From Ascidiella aspersa (taxonomy: Eukaryota), in the NCBI GenBank assembly GCA_963924565.1, contig OZ004609.1, positions 31,744,001 through 31,808,000 on the forward strand: a stretch of DNA of 64,000 nucleotides, in the 5' to 3' direction. Below the pieces are notes generated by a model. That model was not told where the DNA came from, did not search any database, and saw only the letters and a program-made list of their open reading frames with translations. The translations under genes and the position numbers were made by a program. Position 1 is the stretch's first letter. Each line of letters starts with the position of its first letter. Positions 45,952 to 60,900 of the stretch are shown one piece after another.

Positions 45952-48900
45952 TCACCTCGAATTTAAGGACTTCGCCTTGACGAGCTTCTTAATTTCACCA
46001 TGAGATTTCTATAAAACAGGGAAAACATTGACGAAAAGTTTATAATAAAACTTAAAAATTTAACTGAAGATGATACAATCTCGTATCGAAACGTCTTAAC
46101 CAATAGAATGTCACACTACTCGACCTTTTTGGCTTTGTAATTCATTATCAAGCTACATTACAGATCCGTGCATAGACTACCCAAAATTTGGAAACATTTT
46201 ACAAAAATATTTTTTAGCTTACTCTTATTGAACTCTTTTCGAAAGTTATAGTAATCTTACCTCGAACTTTCGAATGAACTTGTCGAAAATGTTAAAGAAC
46301 TGTTGCATGCCGATGTTCTTGGGGTTTTCCCCGAAGTACTGCGCCACCTTGTTGAACTCCTTAAGCGTCGAAGCGTGAAGTTGTTCAAGCCGCTTGATGG
46401 AGCCATTGGTGCGCACCAGGCACGTTTCCATAGCGATCCTGGAAAGAAATAGAAACAATTTGAAGAGGTGCAATGTTGGGATTCCACTGATTTCCAGAAT
46501 TTTATAACTTCAAAAGTAGCTTGTTTGATTAAATCAGTGTTTATTTTTCGAAAAGTTGAAATAAAGACATACTGTCGTTTATAACACCCCAGGTAAGATA
46601 AAAAGAAAGCCATCATTATGTAAATAGTTTACTGAAGAATGACACAAGCACATATTGCGGTTGGGGCTCATACCAATGTTGTATAATGGCTAAAGTCAAT
46701 GACTTTATAACTTAACGTGTAATTTTTATCACAAAGACTTGACTTGAACTTAAGTTAGTTTACATATGACTTGACTTAGACTTAAGTTATTTCACAAATG
46801 ACTTGTTTAGCACACTGGGAAATTCTATGAATCAACTATAGGTAAAAGGACTACACATTTCTCTGTTTAAGTAAGTGATTTTTGGGTACGGATTCCTCAA
46901 CTATTATCTGCTATCCTTAAACCGATAGTGGAACTTTCACAACATAGTCCACAAAGGCTCCAGGCTGATGAACACACGTACTTGAAGCGGTCTTGTTTAT
47001 TCTTGGAAGCTGTCTCGAGAAGGTGATCCCGAATATGGAGCCAGACGCGACGCAACTCTTGCAGCTCTTGCAAAACAGCCGGGTACACGACTAGAAAACA
47101 AATTTAGGACATAAGGCTAGGATCGTGCAATAACACACTAAACAAATCAATACAAACAGCAAAATCACAGCAAAATCACAACGAATTCAAATTAAAACCT
47201 AAATACTAACAAACAAAAAACGTTATCAATACTTTACCTAAAATAGCTCGAAAAAATGTATTTATGGTATGATGAATTCAAATTTTATGATATCTATCTT
47301 TTAATATTTTAAGTAGGACATTTATTTGTTAAGCGACGAGTTGATACTAATATTACTCGTTTAACATAATAAATCGTTCATTATTATCAATTAAAAAGTT
47401 TCAGGGTCGACTGACCTAATAGTAATTTTATGTTTTTTAATCTGTTTGATACTGTGTTCGAATTTGTGACAACAAACAAACAGTTATCATATGGAGATTC
47501 TTTTCATAATTAACTCACTTCTGGCGGCTGCTGCTACGTCACTCAGCTCGTCACCAAAGGTAAGAACCTCAGGGAACTTTGAGAGCACAGCTCGCGCGAG
47601 GATGTGCATGAAAGTTAACTTGTTGTCGCTCGTCTTTGTGTGATCCATCTAGTGACGAAATTTAAAAAAATTAAACCAAAGCGTTTTTTTGAGAAAAAAT
47701 AACTAATTTAATATCTTTTGGAAATTGTATGTTAAAAAAATAATTTACTTTAATTAAAGTTATTTATGGCAGTTTACACAAAGTTTGTTTAAAGAGTATT
47801 TATGTAATCGTTTTTTTAAGATTATTGTTACTAAACTTCTAAAGTAAAGTATTCAGACATTGGGCTCAGTAAAGTGGTTCTGATGTACACCTAAGCTTAG
47901 TTGTTGACTCGAAACACTGAACATAAATAGCCTACGGGGTAAGTTATCATAAATATATCCATTGCCCATAAGCATGATTTTGGGATTTGACATTTTTTTA
48001 GGCTCGAGATTGCAGATTTGGAACTGTTCTCTAATTAAATTGATATAAAAACGTTACTCTAATAAAAATACTAAAGTAATTATATTCGATAAAATTGTTA
48101 TTTCGTTGTTTACTAATGCGTCGGCAATCCTCGAGACATTGCCGAAACTTTTATAAACAAATAAATTACGATTTTGTCGAGTATAATAGCTTTAGTATTT
48201 TTATTAAAATTACTAAAAAACGTGTATTGTGTTGCAAAACATTAGTTCCATCACTGCCTCAGCGGGAAATTCAATTATTTATCACTTACGTCTGCGAGAA
48301 AGTGGATCCTGAACCCGGTCGCCTTGGCAACGCGGTTGTGACCCCGGTTCATGTAGTTGCCCATCGCGAGCACGAATTCGAGGATCTTGGCCAGTTTCCG
48401 GCTCTTACGTAGCTGGTTGGACGCGCGCTGGACGGTCTCCAAGTTCTGCGTGACGTAACAATGGATGTGGTTAACGAGAACAATAGAACGATTGTTAGAT
48501 TGCTATGGAACTGCATTTATGCTCCAACAACGCGTCAAGGTCGTTTTTTATAAATAGAACATACATAAATCGCGTGTTAATTAATGTTAGATTTCGAAAA
48601 CTTTAACCGTTTGTATGCTATTTAAATTGAAAACACTAAATTCTCAATTTTGTTTCCTAAAAATGAGACCCTTTTTTTCGGAATTATTTTTGTACGCATG
48701 CCGAATATATAAACTCCTTTCACCGCAATACAAACATAGGGGCTAGAGGTATTTTTCACAATTTTGGGACACTAATGTTAGAATTGGCACAAGTTTGTTT
48801 CATCCGGCCTGTACCCAGTTAAACATATTTAAAAAATTTAAAATCTTTCCTCATCTTGACTACAAACTGTCAAATTACCTTTCGAACTTCTTCCTCCTTT

Positions 48901-51900
48901 TCAGCAAAACTGTGCTTGAAAACCAACGCTTTTAATCTTAACTCGTAACCAGGAATTCTGACGAGCTGTGAAATAAAAACAAAACGTTGTTGGGGGCAAG
49001 CGTGGCGAGTTTTGTGTCCAATGGCTCCCGTTGTTTTACGTTGCTCTTTAGGAAAATTTGACCAGTAGAAAAAAATCATCAATAATAATAATTGGCTTAT
49101 TCCCCAAAATTTGTGCTCGTTGAGTTGTTTTCTGGTGGCTCTTTTGGAATGCTAAATACTAATCATAGTCGAATGAGAATCGATTTAATTAGTTGATAAT
49201 TTTTGACATTTACCTCAACTTGGGTTGTTGTGGTAATATACTGGGCCATTGTAGTGTTATATTACACCTTTTGTTTCAATGCTGTTTTATCAAGTATGTA
49301 TCGATTGCAAACTGGGCCGATTTTTTCACAATGTTTTGTATGGTGTGCAATTATTTTGCAGATAGCTTGGACTTTTTAGATAGTCACCTCGACCTTGATT
49401 AAATGACTTGTTTATACCACAAAAAACCTTTTAAAAAATTAGAGATAAAAAAATACCCCATCAACGATTTACCCAACTAATTGCTTCCAGAGCTACAATT
49501 TTTAGAGCACTGCCCAGTCTGGCCTTTGCGGAACGGTCGCGCTCGGGCGCTTTCGGGCAGTGACAACGCGCGCGCGTTGAGCGCCTTGTTAAGATTTCTA
49601 TTCTGCGAGAGATTACGTCACAAGCAAAACGCGCCGAGCCGCGTCGACGCGCCTGAATTGAGTTACAAGGAGCTCCAGACCGCAAAAATGCGAGGTTGGG
49701 CGAAATCTAGCCCCGGGGATGCGCGAAGCTGAGGCGATTCTGTGATTATGTGTATAGGTGCTTAATGCTGAGCGCAAATTGCCTATTGGAGCACCGATTT
49801 TGCAATTTCGGTCTCAAAACAAACGCATCTCGATTTAGTGCATAGTCATGGTAGAAAACTTTTGCTTTCTACGCTTACTTTATTAAACTTAAGACAAACG
49901 ATGTCAGGGGGTTTGTGTTGTTTCATTGGGTATTGATGGTTTGGGTTGACTTTTCTAAAAAAACATTAATATATACACTTTGGAGATATGATTCTTCTTC
50001 TTTTAAGTTTGAAGTTTACAACAAGTTACAATCAGTCACTGCCATATTTGTCAAGCGTAGCAACACATTTTGCAACATGAATGTTTTCTTTCATTCAGCA
50101 AAAAAGGTCCATTTTATTTCAAGTTTGGCATTACAATGTTTTAGTTGACCACACATGGGATGTGTAGCAATTTGAAACTGATATTGAGCACACAAATATG
50201 CTAACAAAGCCTAAATAACATATTGATCCCATATTTGATCCCACCGTCCATAAACTGCCGGCGCTTAAAATCAGCTCTCCCTATTTACCGTATGTAAGGA
50301 CCAACAACACATAACAAGCAGTAAATCCCATTTTTCAATCCATTATCTCAATTAGAACCAAGTATTCTAGTCTTTCTAAAAAACGTACCTTAAGAGCCAG
50401 CTTGTCGGCTTCGTTGAGGACAGTCGGACTTCCTTCGAAGGCCAGAATCTTCGCAGCCTCATCCTTGTCGGGAGCGTAGAGGAGGAGTTGCTGGAAGTGA
50501 GCCGAGTCCATCCTCTTCCGCATCATCTCGGATCCGTTGATGGTGAGGCAGTTGAAGATCTCGTCGCTTGAGAGCTTCAAGTGGGCAAGGAGGATCGCTG
50601 TCATGGCAACAGAAGAGGTTATAATACTAAAAATGTGGCCACTGTCTGTTTTTGTGCTGGCATCAGGAAATTTAGCTTTAAAGTTAAACTGTTACAGTTT
50701 GGCTTTAACTTTCACGTATGTGAAACTGTTTTAACCTAAACGTATGTGTAGCTGTTTTAACAAACACAACCGACCATTGCAGTGAATGAAAATAGTATAG
50801 CCATAGGCAGCCGAAGATCATAATTGGGCCCGACTATAGACAGTATAAGATTGGTATTTTGTAGCACTACGAAAAGAGCAATCAAAACAAACGGTCCTGG
50901 GCGGAATTTTCTTTAGTAGCAAAATATGTCTTATCCTACGAGGAACATTTTATGTTTTCGCTGTTACAACAATGGAAATGCGAGCGTATAATTAGTATAC
51001 GACCTAATAATCTCTAAGTCTGTCCTTTTTTAAAATATGTTTTAAATGTTTGTTTATTACAACAGAATGTGATACATCATTTACTTACACATGTTGTAGG
51101 CCTTTTTGTGTGGCAGCAGCGTCACCACGTCTTTGCTTACAATTTGCTTCTTTGGTTCTAGACAAAATCAAAATTTTTAGAATTACATAGATGTCACAGA
51201 AATGGGAATAGATGTACTAGTTTGCTGATCATGTTGTAGTAAAGAAAAATTAACATTTTTTGATTTACAAATAGATATCTATGCCTTTAATTGATTAAAA
51301 AGGTTTGTTGCTTATCAAATAGGGTTAACATAAAAAAGGAATTTAAAAATAATTTAAAAATGATAATGCGTCTTCGGACTGTTTTTTTAGTTATTTTGTT
51401 ACAAAATGGATTAAAAATTAGATTTACATAAACCCAAGTTATTTTTTTGATATTAAGACAACATTGCAACGTTTTCTCTTTTTTTGAACTTTAGGACAAA
51501 TTTTTCCTTGACACACAAGCCTTTCATGCTAAAAAAGGCAGATTTCAACCAAATAAACAAACCTCACACACCAATATTGTTGCGTGATACAAATGCATTA
51601 GGAAAACTCACTGAATTTCGAAGTCTTCTTGGTGGCGAAGTGTTCCTCCAGGTCTAGGTACTTTACCACGTCGTTGATCGTTTCGAAATCCTCGTCCAGC
51701 TGGCCCCAGACCGTATTGCCGAGATCTACCGGTTCGATCTTCTCCCAGTTGATTCTCTTCACTGCCAGACGCGCCGGGCTGTTGACCGGGGTGTTTTGGA
51801 AGAGCGACGGGGGTGGTGGAGGAATAGCCGAGGCAGGAGGAGGCGGGGGAATAAAGGATTCAGGAGGAGGAGGAGGGATCATCGGAGGAGGTGGAGGAAT

Positions 51901-54900
51901 GTCTTCAAAAGAGTTTAGAGTATTTAATTTACCAGTTTCTCTATTGATTGAAACGTGACCTATGAAAAGTAGGAACTAAATGTCGACATAAATCTTCAAA
52001 GGGGCGCAAATAAAAATTACCAGTTTCTCCATGAAATGTAATGTGACCTATGAAAAATAGGAACTAAATATCGACTGCAGATTTCCAAAGAGCGAAACTA
52101 AAATTTACTAGTTTCTCCATACAATGAAACATGACCCATGAAAAAACCATAGGATCTAAAATATCGACTGTACATCTCCAAAGGGCGAAATTAAACGTTA
52201 CCAGTTTTCTCCATGCTTTAAAACCTTATCGATGTAAAAGTAGGAACTGCATATTGTGAAGATATAACATATTGGTAAGTAGTATTTGAAACTTTAGCGA
52301 GTATCTAACTTAATCTGACACGCATTCTAGTAATATACAGCTTCTAAGATATTTTATGTTGAAATTCGTTTAAAACTCTTTTAATGAGTGGTCAGGTATT
52401 TCCGTATCGCCAAAAGCCAACTTTATGTGTAAAGCTATCACTGCAACGCCAAACGCAACGTAATATAGTAATTTATGACCCTGGTGGTAAAAGTCCTTTT
52501 CGATTTCAATTCTTGTCATATAAAAACTTCACTCACCAGACGGAATCGATTGTGTTCCAATCGAGGAAGTTTGTGGATGTTCTTCTTCTTCATCTTGCTC
52601 GTGCTCATCATAGGCAAGTCCTAGAGCAAGAACCTCCTCATGGAGGGGAGCGTAGATCTCGTCGGGGTCCGCAAGCTCCTGCTCCTGCTCCAGGATGCTT
52701 TCCTGGGATCCTCGCTGCCTCCGACGCGTGTGAAGGTCCTCCTCCGCCTCCGAGAAGATGTCCTCCATGTCGACGCTGATTCCGGAAACCCGGTAGTTTC
52801 GTTTCTATGGATAAAAGTATTTTGATGCTATTTTCAATAAAGAATCATATTATTAATCCAAAAACAGCTCTTCTGGTAATTGGAATTGAATTACAAAATT
52901 ACAATTAACGACAGTTTATATATAGAGTCATATTTTTGAGAATGTCGAAACTTTATAGTTTTTTTCTACCATAACACATAAAAGAGAAAAGAAGCCCAAG
53001 TCTCTTGCTTTGGCTTTGTCCAACAAAGGGGCGAGTGGCTACGAATACTTTTTCTATAATCTCTTTATGCACACTGTTGGATTTTAACTTTCGTCGAAAG
53101 CCTTATTTGTGTTATTGAAAAGCTAAACTGATTGAATTCCATTATCAAAAAAATTAAGAAAGAAAAACCAGTAATCGAAATAAGACCCCTCACCTTAGCT
53201 TTGTCCAGCAAAGTGACTTGGTTAGTTGGCGAGTGGCTCCTAAGACGAGCTTCTCCGAAGACGTGATTTTTGTGCGGCGCCTCGCCTAGGTCGTCCTGCA
53301 TCCAGACGTGCATCTTCAGCTCAGTAGAGTTCCTCTTGGCTGACATCGAGAGCGGACGCGGGTTAGTGCGGGAGCGTCGTGTCCTCCGCTCCACAACATT
53401 GTTCCGCCTGTCCACGTTGATGTGCGGCTGGCGTCGGGTGTTGATCGGCTTTGGGACGTCGTAGATTACTTCCTCCTCAACTGGCTTGGGAGCAGGATCC
53501 GATATCCTCTTAACCTGCTGCTCGCTGGTTTCGTAGAGAGTCTCCGCGTTCCTGCCTCCCTCTACATTCCTCCTGCGTCTTCTTCGGACACCCCGGCGAT
53601 CCAGGGTGGCCGTTTCGGTCACCACGCTGTTGCTATGGTTATAGTTCGGGGCTAGCTCTTCAGGCGGAGGCAGGGATGCGGGGAAACTGTTCTGAACGGC
53701 TTCGTCCACCTCAGCGATGGTTGGAGTGGATGCGGTAGGCGAGAACCCGTTGTCCTCCTTCGGAAGATAGCTCCACTTCTCACCGAACTTGAGCTCCTGC
53801 TCTTCCTCGAGCAGCTTCACGTCGCCGACCAGCTTCATCTCCTTGTCGAACTGCGTGTTCAGCTCCCGAAGGAAGGTGTCCGTGTCGGCGTTCTTGGGTG
53901 GACGCGAGAAGGTGAGCTTCTTCTTAAGCGACTGCAGGTAGCCGTTCTTGCGCTGGTCGTCGCAAATGAAGTCATTGAAGTTGGACGGCTCCATTTCGCT
54001 CGACGTCACCGGTTCGTTAAAGCCGTTGCTGCTGGCGCGGTTTTCCTGTGGTGAGCTCTCCACAGGGACGAAGGAAGAAGTCTGGATTGGCTCTTCCACA
54101 GCGGGCACGCGCCTACGGCTGTAGTCGTCACGCTCCTCCGATTCACGGAGTCGCGATTTTGAAGAGGTGGAGGATTTGATGTAGGGGTCATCATCATCGC
54201 GGTCAACCAGTCGCTTGGATGGAGGCAGGTATTCCTCGAAAACGATGTCTGGAAAAGACAAGCAAGCGTTTTAACTTCTGTCAGTTTAACTTAAATGTTA
54301 TACACGAAAGCGGTTGCTAAACTACGTGATTTCTAAATATATATCAATTGTTTATTTCAGAGATATGATTTTGTTACAAACTTTGCCTCGCTGTGTTTAG
54401 AAAGGAAACCGTCAGGCTGCTACAAGTGGAACATTTGTGATTCACTGTTTGTTTGTGGCCTACCAACACTCAGACACCAAATATAATAGCACCGGTTTCT
54501 GTCTTCATATTTCCACCGCCAATTGACGTAGGGACAAGGCCAAGTTCGACATGATTTAGACGACAAAAATGCTGGACCTCATATTAAAATGAGTGGGCGC
54601 ATCCAAAGCCACGCATCATCAAACGGACGGCGATCGCGGCAATTTCCCACCGAGTTTACAGTAAATAGCGGTGGGTAGACGGCGGAGAAGTGAGTCGGCG
54701 TCTCCCTGCTCTGCGCCATCGTGTTTACGCGATAAATTCCTGTCACCGTTTCGACCGTGCTTCTAACGTTTCGCCATCAATCGTCACGATGACTGGGCCG
54801 CCATTGTGAAGGTGAGGGATTAGTTGTTTCTCGCTTTGCCACCCGAGAAGCGGGCTTTCATGCATTGGGGTTAGTGGCCTGTCTAAACTGTAATTGTGCT

Positions 54901-57900
54901 TGATGGTTTGAATGCAAGTCGACCTAAAGTTCACTGATTTTAACCATGGCTGCTAAACAAGGATCACACAGGTTCTTAAGATTTAATGATGAAATCACAT
55001 GATTTTAAGGCGAAGTTATTGCCGTGTCTTAACATCTGTTTTGAACATTCGTTACTGGGTACAGTTTTATTGACAAAATGAAAAAAACTTTTACTGAATA
55101 ATGGAAGGATTTTCTTAACTTCTTCATTCGCAGTATTGTATGTTATTTAATAAGCCAGGCGTAGTGAATGTTTGTTTGTTTAAAAATTATCGATTTGACC
55201 AACAACTAAAGACGGTTTAAAGTTACTGGTAATTGCAAGAGAAGCGTAAAGCCTTCAACAAAGGTGTACACGAGTCACTGTATTTGGGGCGTATAAACTT
55301 GTTCCCCGAAGTGAAGCTACAAAAAAAATATATTGATGACCAACTTGTGGCCTATTATGATTATACAGTTCTCTATAGTTTTAGCATGCCAATTTTTCAA
55401 TGTGTTATGCATTTTGAACTCATAACAGTATACCACAAATTTCATTGCTTCTCGAGTTACAAGAAAACTCTAATTGCACGTTGAGTATTTCACACCTGGT
55501 GCTTGTTATGTACGGTTAGGGATGGACTCGTGGGAAGCCAAAGACTCGCCTGTTGAAATTACAATTTTCCCTTGTTAGAATAGCCTCGGGTTGCAACGTA
55601 ATTTCACCGTGAAATAGTTACTAAACCGACGCAGTGGCTTAGTTTAAATTTGATTTCCGTCTTCGAATTATTCGAATTTTGAGCGGCATTCGAATAAGGT
55701 ATCACAGCAAAGCATAAACGCGGGACGCGGGTGTCTTAAAAACGAACATGTTCGATATTTGCGTGTAGATAAATGTTGGATTTATAACAACACGGACGCG
55801 CTTGGCTTAAGCTTGAAATACAGGTTTGGTATCGTGTGTATACATTGTCATTCTAATGCATTTTCAGTCAAAAATGAACAAAAATAGAATAACTTGCCTA
55901 TTGGCCTAGTTAACAAATGTTTCGGGCAGCAAAGACAACAGCATTGCATTTTCATTTTAAGTGACGTACGAATCAACAAATAGTCGAATTTGAATAAACG
56001 CTTTTCACAAAAATAGCATGGCATTTATAGTTCCGCCGTGACCTTAGTACCACGCTTGTTTTCTTTATCTATTTTGGCACAGGACTCAGCAAGCAACTTG
56101 TAAAGACGTCATACATTTTCTGGCGCATTTCCTAATTCGGCAAACGCCGGCGTGACAAAAACGGCTGAAAAAAACCTCGTGAGCTGGGCGCGATTGGTCA
56201 GGCTAAGATTCAGCGGAGATTTACACCTGAACGGCGCTAAAATGGCCAGTTCTATTGGCGCGCGCTAATCCTCGATTTGCATGAGTGAAATCGTGACGTC
56301 AATCCGTGCACCTCGGGCTATCAACTGATTAGTGACGTCAACGAATCGACTAGGTTCCTTCCAAAGCTTAAAGAGATGTTCGGGCGATTGCCTTAGCACG
56401 ACTGAGCTTAGACATACAAAATTGGGGCCGCTCGAATTATATGGTTTACACTCGCGGCATATTTTCACCATGAATAGTTTTGTTGAGGTTTCCATTAATC
56501 AGATGCTAGACAGCGACGTTTTTTATCTTATGTTATTTTAATTCGAATAAATAATCAACCTAGGAAAGTAATTTAGCTTTTTTATATCCTTATTAGTTGC
56601 CTTAATATAGAAGTTATTACATTACATTACATTATGGCGTGCGATTTGTTTTAAAATCATTGTGATCAATTACCACAAAGGCAACGTTAGCTAGTACAAA
56701 CCTAGTAAATCCAATATCAGTTTGTTTGGATTAATTGGAATGGTATCCTTTTAAGATACTGATGATGCTTTTATGAGCAAGATATATCTATTATGCAATA
56801 TCCAAACAAGCTCATTTTCGGTTCAGCAAGTTCTGTACTGAGTTTAATCTTTATTCTTATAGAAAACAATGCACCAAATTCAAAACAAAAACTTCACCAA
56901 ATCCATAAAACCAAAGCGGATTAAGATTTTATAGCTCCCAGAATAGGCGTAAAGGCAAATCGGCTATGAGGCGTAGACTTTGGGGTCAGGTGCATTTAAT
57001 CGAGCCGCCAAGCGTGAAATCGCAAACCCTACAAAAATCGCCGTTGAAACGGGGTTTGCAATGTATCGAGTGCTCACGAAAGCTAAGCGCCGATCGAGTG
57101 TTGGTAAATTCGAGACCTCCGCTGAAAACGATGCTGAAATCAAACCCGTTTCGCCCCGTTTGAGAGACTGCTTAGCACGAAAGGAAACCGTAGGTTAAGC
57201 GTCGCTTTAGCAAGCCTAGCGCGACCTGCTGTGAGATCAAACATCTATTAGAGGTACATAGAGACCCGCTGCTGGTCGCGCTGATAATGCTTGTAGCTGG
57301 TGTTGATCGTAATCGGAGGATGTCGATTGATCGAAGTCGTGTCCGCATAGCGCCGTGCGTTCGGGACATTTATGAACGTATTTGTCTCATACGGGAGTTT
57401 TAAACGTTTTTTTAAATGACTATTTCGTATGGATTTTTGTAATATCGTAATGGTTTGGCCCAGTTATAGATTTAAAGCAGAACTTATAATATCGCTAGTT
57501 TGATAGTACACTTCGGGCCTGTTAAAAGGCTAAAGAGTGTACACAAAAGAAACATTGTTTAGTTTAGTAGAAATTAGTATTAGGCACTGGATTTGTTTTG
57601 AGTAATTTCACAACGTTTAGGCTGATTACTTAATAAAAACTAAGCCAAAATAAACTGTTAAATCCAAAACGATTTTTGTATGTCAAATAATACAGACATT
57701 GCTCACCTAAAGAGGAGTCCGTCTTTAAATAAATCATAAAAACAGGACGTTGAAATCCGAGGCTTGGTATTGGAATTTTAGGCTTTTAAAGTGCGGTTAC
57801 GAAATTGCAACGCAGGCTCAAATGTTGTCAACATGTACAACAGGCTTATACGCGCTAATCCGAAAAGCACCAACAAAACGCCTCTTCGGCAAGATACACA

Positions 57901-60900
57901 AACGATTAAGAGCCTATTTCCCCCATTTCAGCTGAAGGTAACCGATACAGAATTTTGGAGGCTTCAAGAAATAAACAGCACAAATTTTCTCATCACTGGC
58001 AAACATTACCAGGAATGCTCAACTACATCGACAAAGTATTTAGCGAATGCTCTCCTTCAAAACGGAGCCTTGGGGCAAGTCAGAAAACAATTATCTTATT
58101 CCCTTGAATCCAACTTAAAATGCATAGGTTTGTAAAATTATTCTACCGTCAACCTCAAATGACCTCAGTATACAATTGCTTGTTTGATGAGTTACCTTTC
58201 TTTAAATATTAAATTCCCTTTGTTTTAATATCAACAGCAATTCAGGCAAAATAACTATTAGCTGTCGTATAGCTTTACAGTGAACTATTAACATAAAATG
58301 TTGTATAAAACATTGCCCAAAAATCCGCATATAAGAGGACATTTATTATCGATCTCTTTTCGTGTAAAACTGGTTTTGTTCTTTACAGAAAACTAAGATA
58401 AAACTTCTAGCCCATTTTTCATACAAACTAAAACTGTAAAGTAGCTTGATAATGAATTACAAGGCCCAAACGGTCGAGTAGATCAACAGCATCTTGATTA
58501 AGACGTTTCGATACGACTTTGTATCATCTTCAGTTAATGTGACTCATTGTCCATGTTGTTATCGAAAAGCATTAATCAAGATGATGTCGATTTACTCGAC
58601 CTTTTTGGTCTTGTAAGTCATTACAAAACGGTAAACTTTTTAACATAAATACAAATCCTTCGAGATTCATACTAAATAATATAAAGGAAATTTCGATCGA
58701 AATGTGAACAAACTTAGAAATAGCCAAGATTACAGGGCTTCAGGCATTCTGACATTCTCTTTATAAAAAATGAACAAATCTTAAAAAAAAAAATTATTTT
58801 ATTTATTTATTTTTTTATTTATATAATTTTTTTTTATTTCAAAAAGGGTACTCACCGTCGATGCTTGACACAGGAGGGGTTGAAACTGGTTGGGGTGAAA
58901 CCGGGGGCGGCGTCGACGTTTCCGCTTTGGGTGCCTTCGTTTCCTTGATCACCGGGGTCACTTCCTGTTGTTTCTTCTTGTTCGAACTCTTCTTGTCCTT
59001 GTCGCCTGCGAAAAATACGGGGGAAACGAACCGTGAGATTCTGGCACTCTTAAACGCAAAAACAACACCTGAATTTCGCGAGCTCTATCTATGTAAGCTA
59101 TTGGTTTTACGGTGGCTGAAAAGATAAACTGCCAGCGCATTGAAATAAAAACAGTGCGGCTTTTTGATTTTGTTTTAATTTAACTGCAGCTATGTAAGCA
59201 TACCTCTTAAAACAGCAAACCTGTACGATAAGCTTTTAATTTTCCATACATTTAAACAAACCTTGGGTACATAATGCACGTATCTGTAATGTGGCTTAAT
59301 ATAATAAATTGCATAAACAAAATGTCGGGTAGATCGTCATCATCTTGGTTAAGACGTTTCGATACGAGCTTGTATCATCTTCAGTTAATGTGACTGAGAA
59401 ACAATTCAGCAAATTCCTTTTACTTCTCGGTCACATTAACTGAAGATGATACAAGCTCCTATCGAAACGTCTTAAACAAGATGACGTCTCGACCTATTTG
59501 CCTAGAGTTCCTAGACAATCCTTGATTTAAAACTACAAAAATTTGAACTTATTTTCTCTGTTCCAACCTGTAACTGCTGCCTTGAACTTTTTATATTTCT
59601 TCAACATCTTTGCGACAAAATATGGCAAACGTTCGGACAACGACGAACCAACACAAGTGTCAAAATCACCAAATCGCTATCTTCTGATTCTCTCCATACA
59701 TCCGCGCAAGCAAATATCGGCGCAAGAAAAAACAACCAAGTTTTTCTAGCCTCAAGATAGTCCGTCGAATCCAGCAGGCTTAAAGAATCCCAGCAAACAG
59801 CAGAACTTAAACTGGGTATAAGTCCGATTCGCCTGCAACCGTCTGAAGAAAGCCACAACAAGTTAGGTACGGCGAGCGCGGCTAAACTGAGCTTGGCGGT
59901 TCGTTCGGTCGACTGGCGAAAAAAAAACTTTTCGGGACAGACACAGACTGCCAAGAAAACAGCGAGAGAGGCGGGAGAGTGGCTGAAGGCAAGAGAGAAA
60001 GGAAAAGAGAAGGAAACGGCGTTAAAAATGCTAAAAGTTAACTCGTGTTCGCCGCTTCTTATCGCCTGACAGATCTCGCAACCGAGAGAATTGGTGCCTG
60101 GACCTCAAACTGCCCAGTTTTACTGTTACTGCAAAACAATTTTAATTTTCTTCTTAGCTGTTTTATATAACTCTGATTTGAGGATAAAATTAGCAATTCA
60201 TGGTATGAAATTTAGTATATGGTGGCAAGGTTGCCGATGGCATGGTTTGTGGGTGCAAAAATGACATAAAACGGTGACAGACTGATATCTAACTAACTTT
60301 GTTTTCAAGGAGACTAAGTCGGGCGCAAACAACATGAAATTTTATAATATTTTCTACAGTTATGAAACGCATGCTCCTTTAATTGTTTTTAGTTTCAATT
60401 TTGCGAAAAAATTAAGCGTCTGTTAACTATATTTAAAAATCCTTCCAATTTTTTTTTACTCTGTGTCTTACAATAATCCAATTATGTAACGATATATATT
60501 CTGCCGTATCCAATCAGTTCAAAAGCCACCACTTCCTTATTAAAAACGAGCGATCGCGTTTTCGGGGTGGTCGTGCCGCTTTGTTAACCCGCAACAACAA
60601 ACACCTGGCGATCGGAGGCGGTGGCCAACAGTTTTTTAGACAGTCGCGACGCGAAAGCCTAATTCCTAATTTGGCGGCAAGAGATTTTTGAAAGTAAACA
60701 CGCGCGTTGCCTGCATCACTGCCGGACTGACGCGTGCAAGAGTGGTCTTGGACGATCGATGTACAAAACACCAAAGCACTGCTATTGTTCTTAGGACGGG
60801 TCATTGAATGTTGGGTCTACCGCTGCTGTTGCTGATGTCAACAGAATTAATGAGTTTCTTGGATGCTCTTGCTTCTTAAATACCGTGACATCAATCAAGC

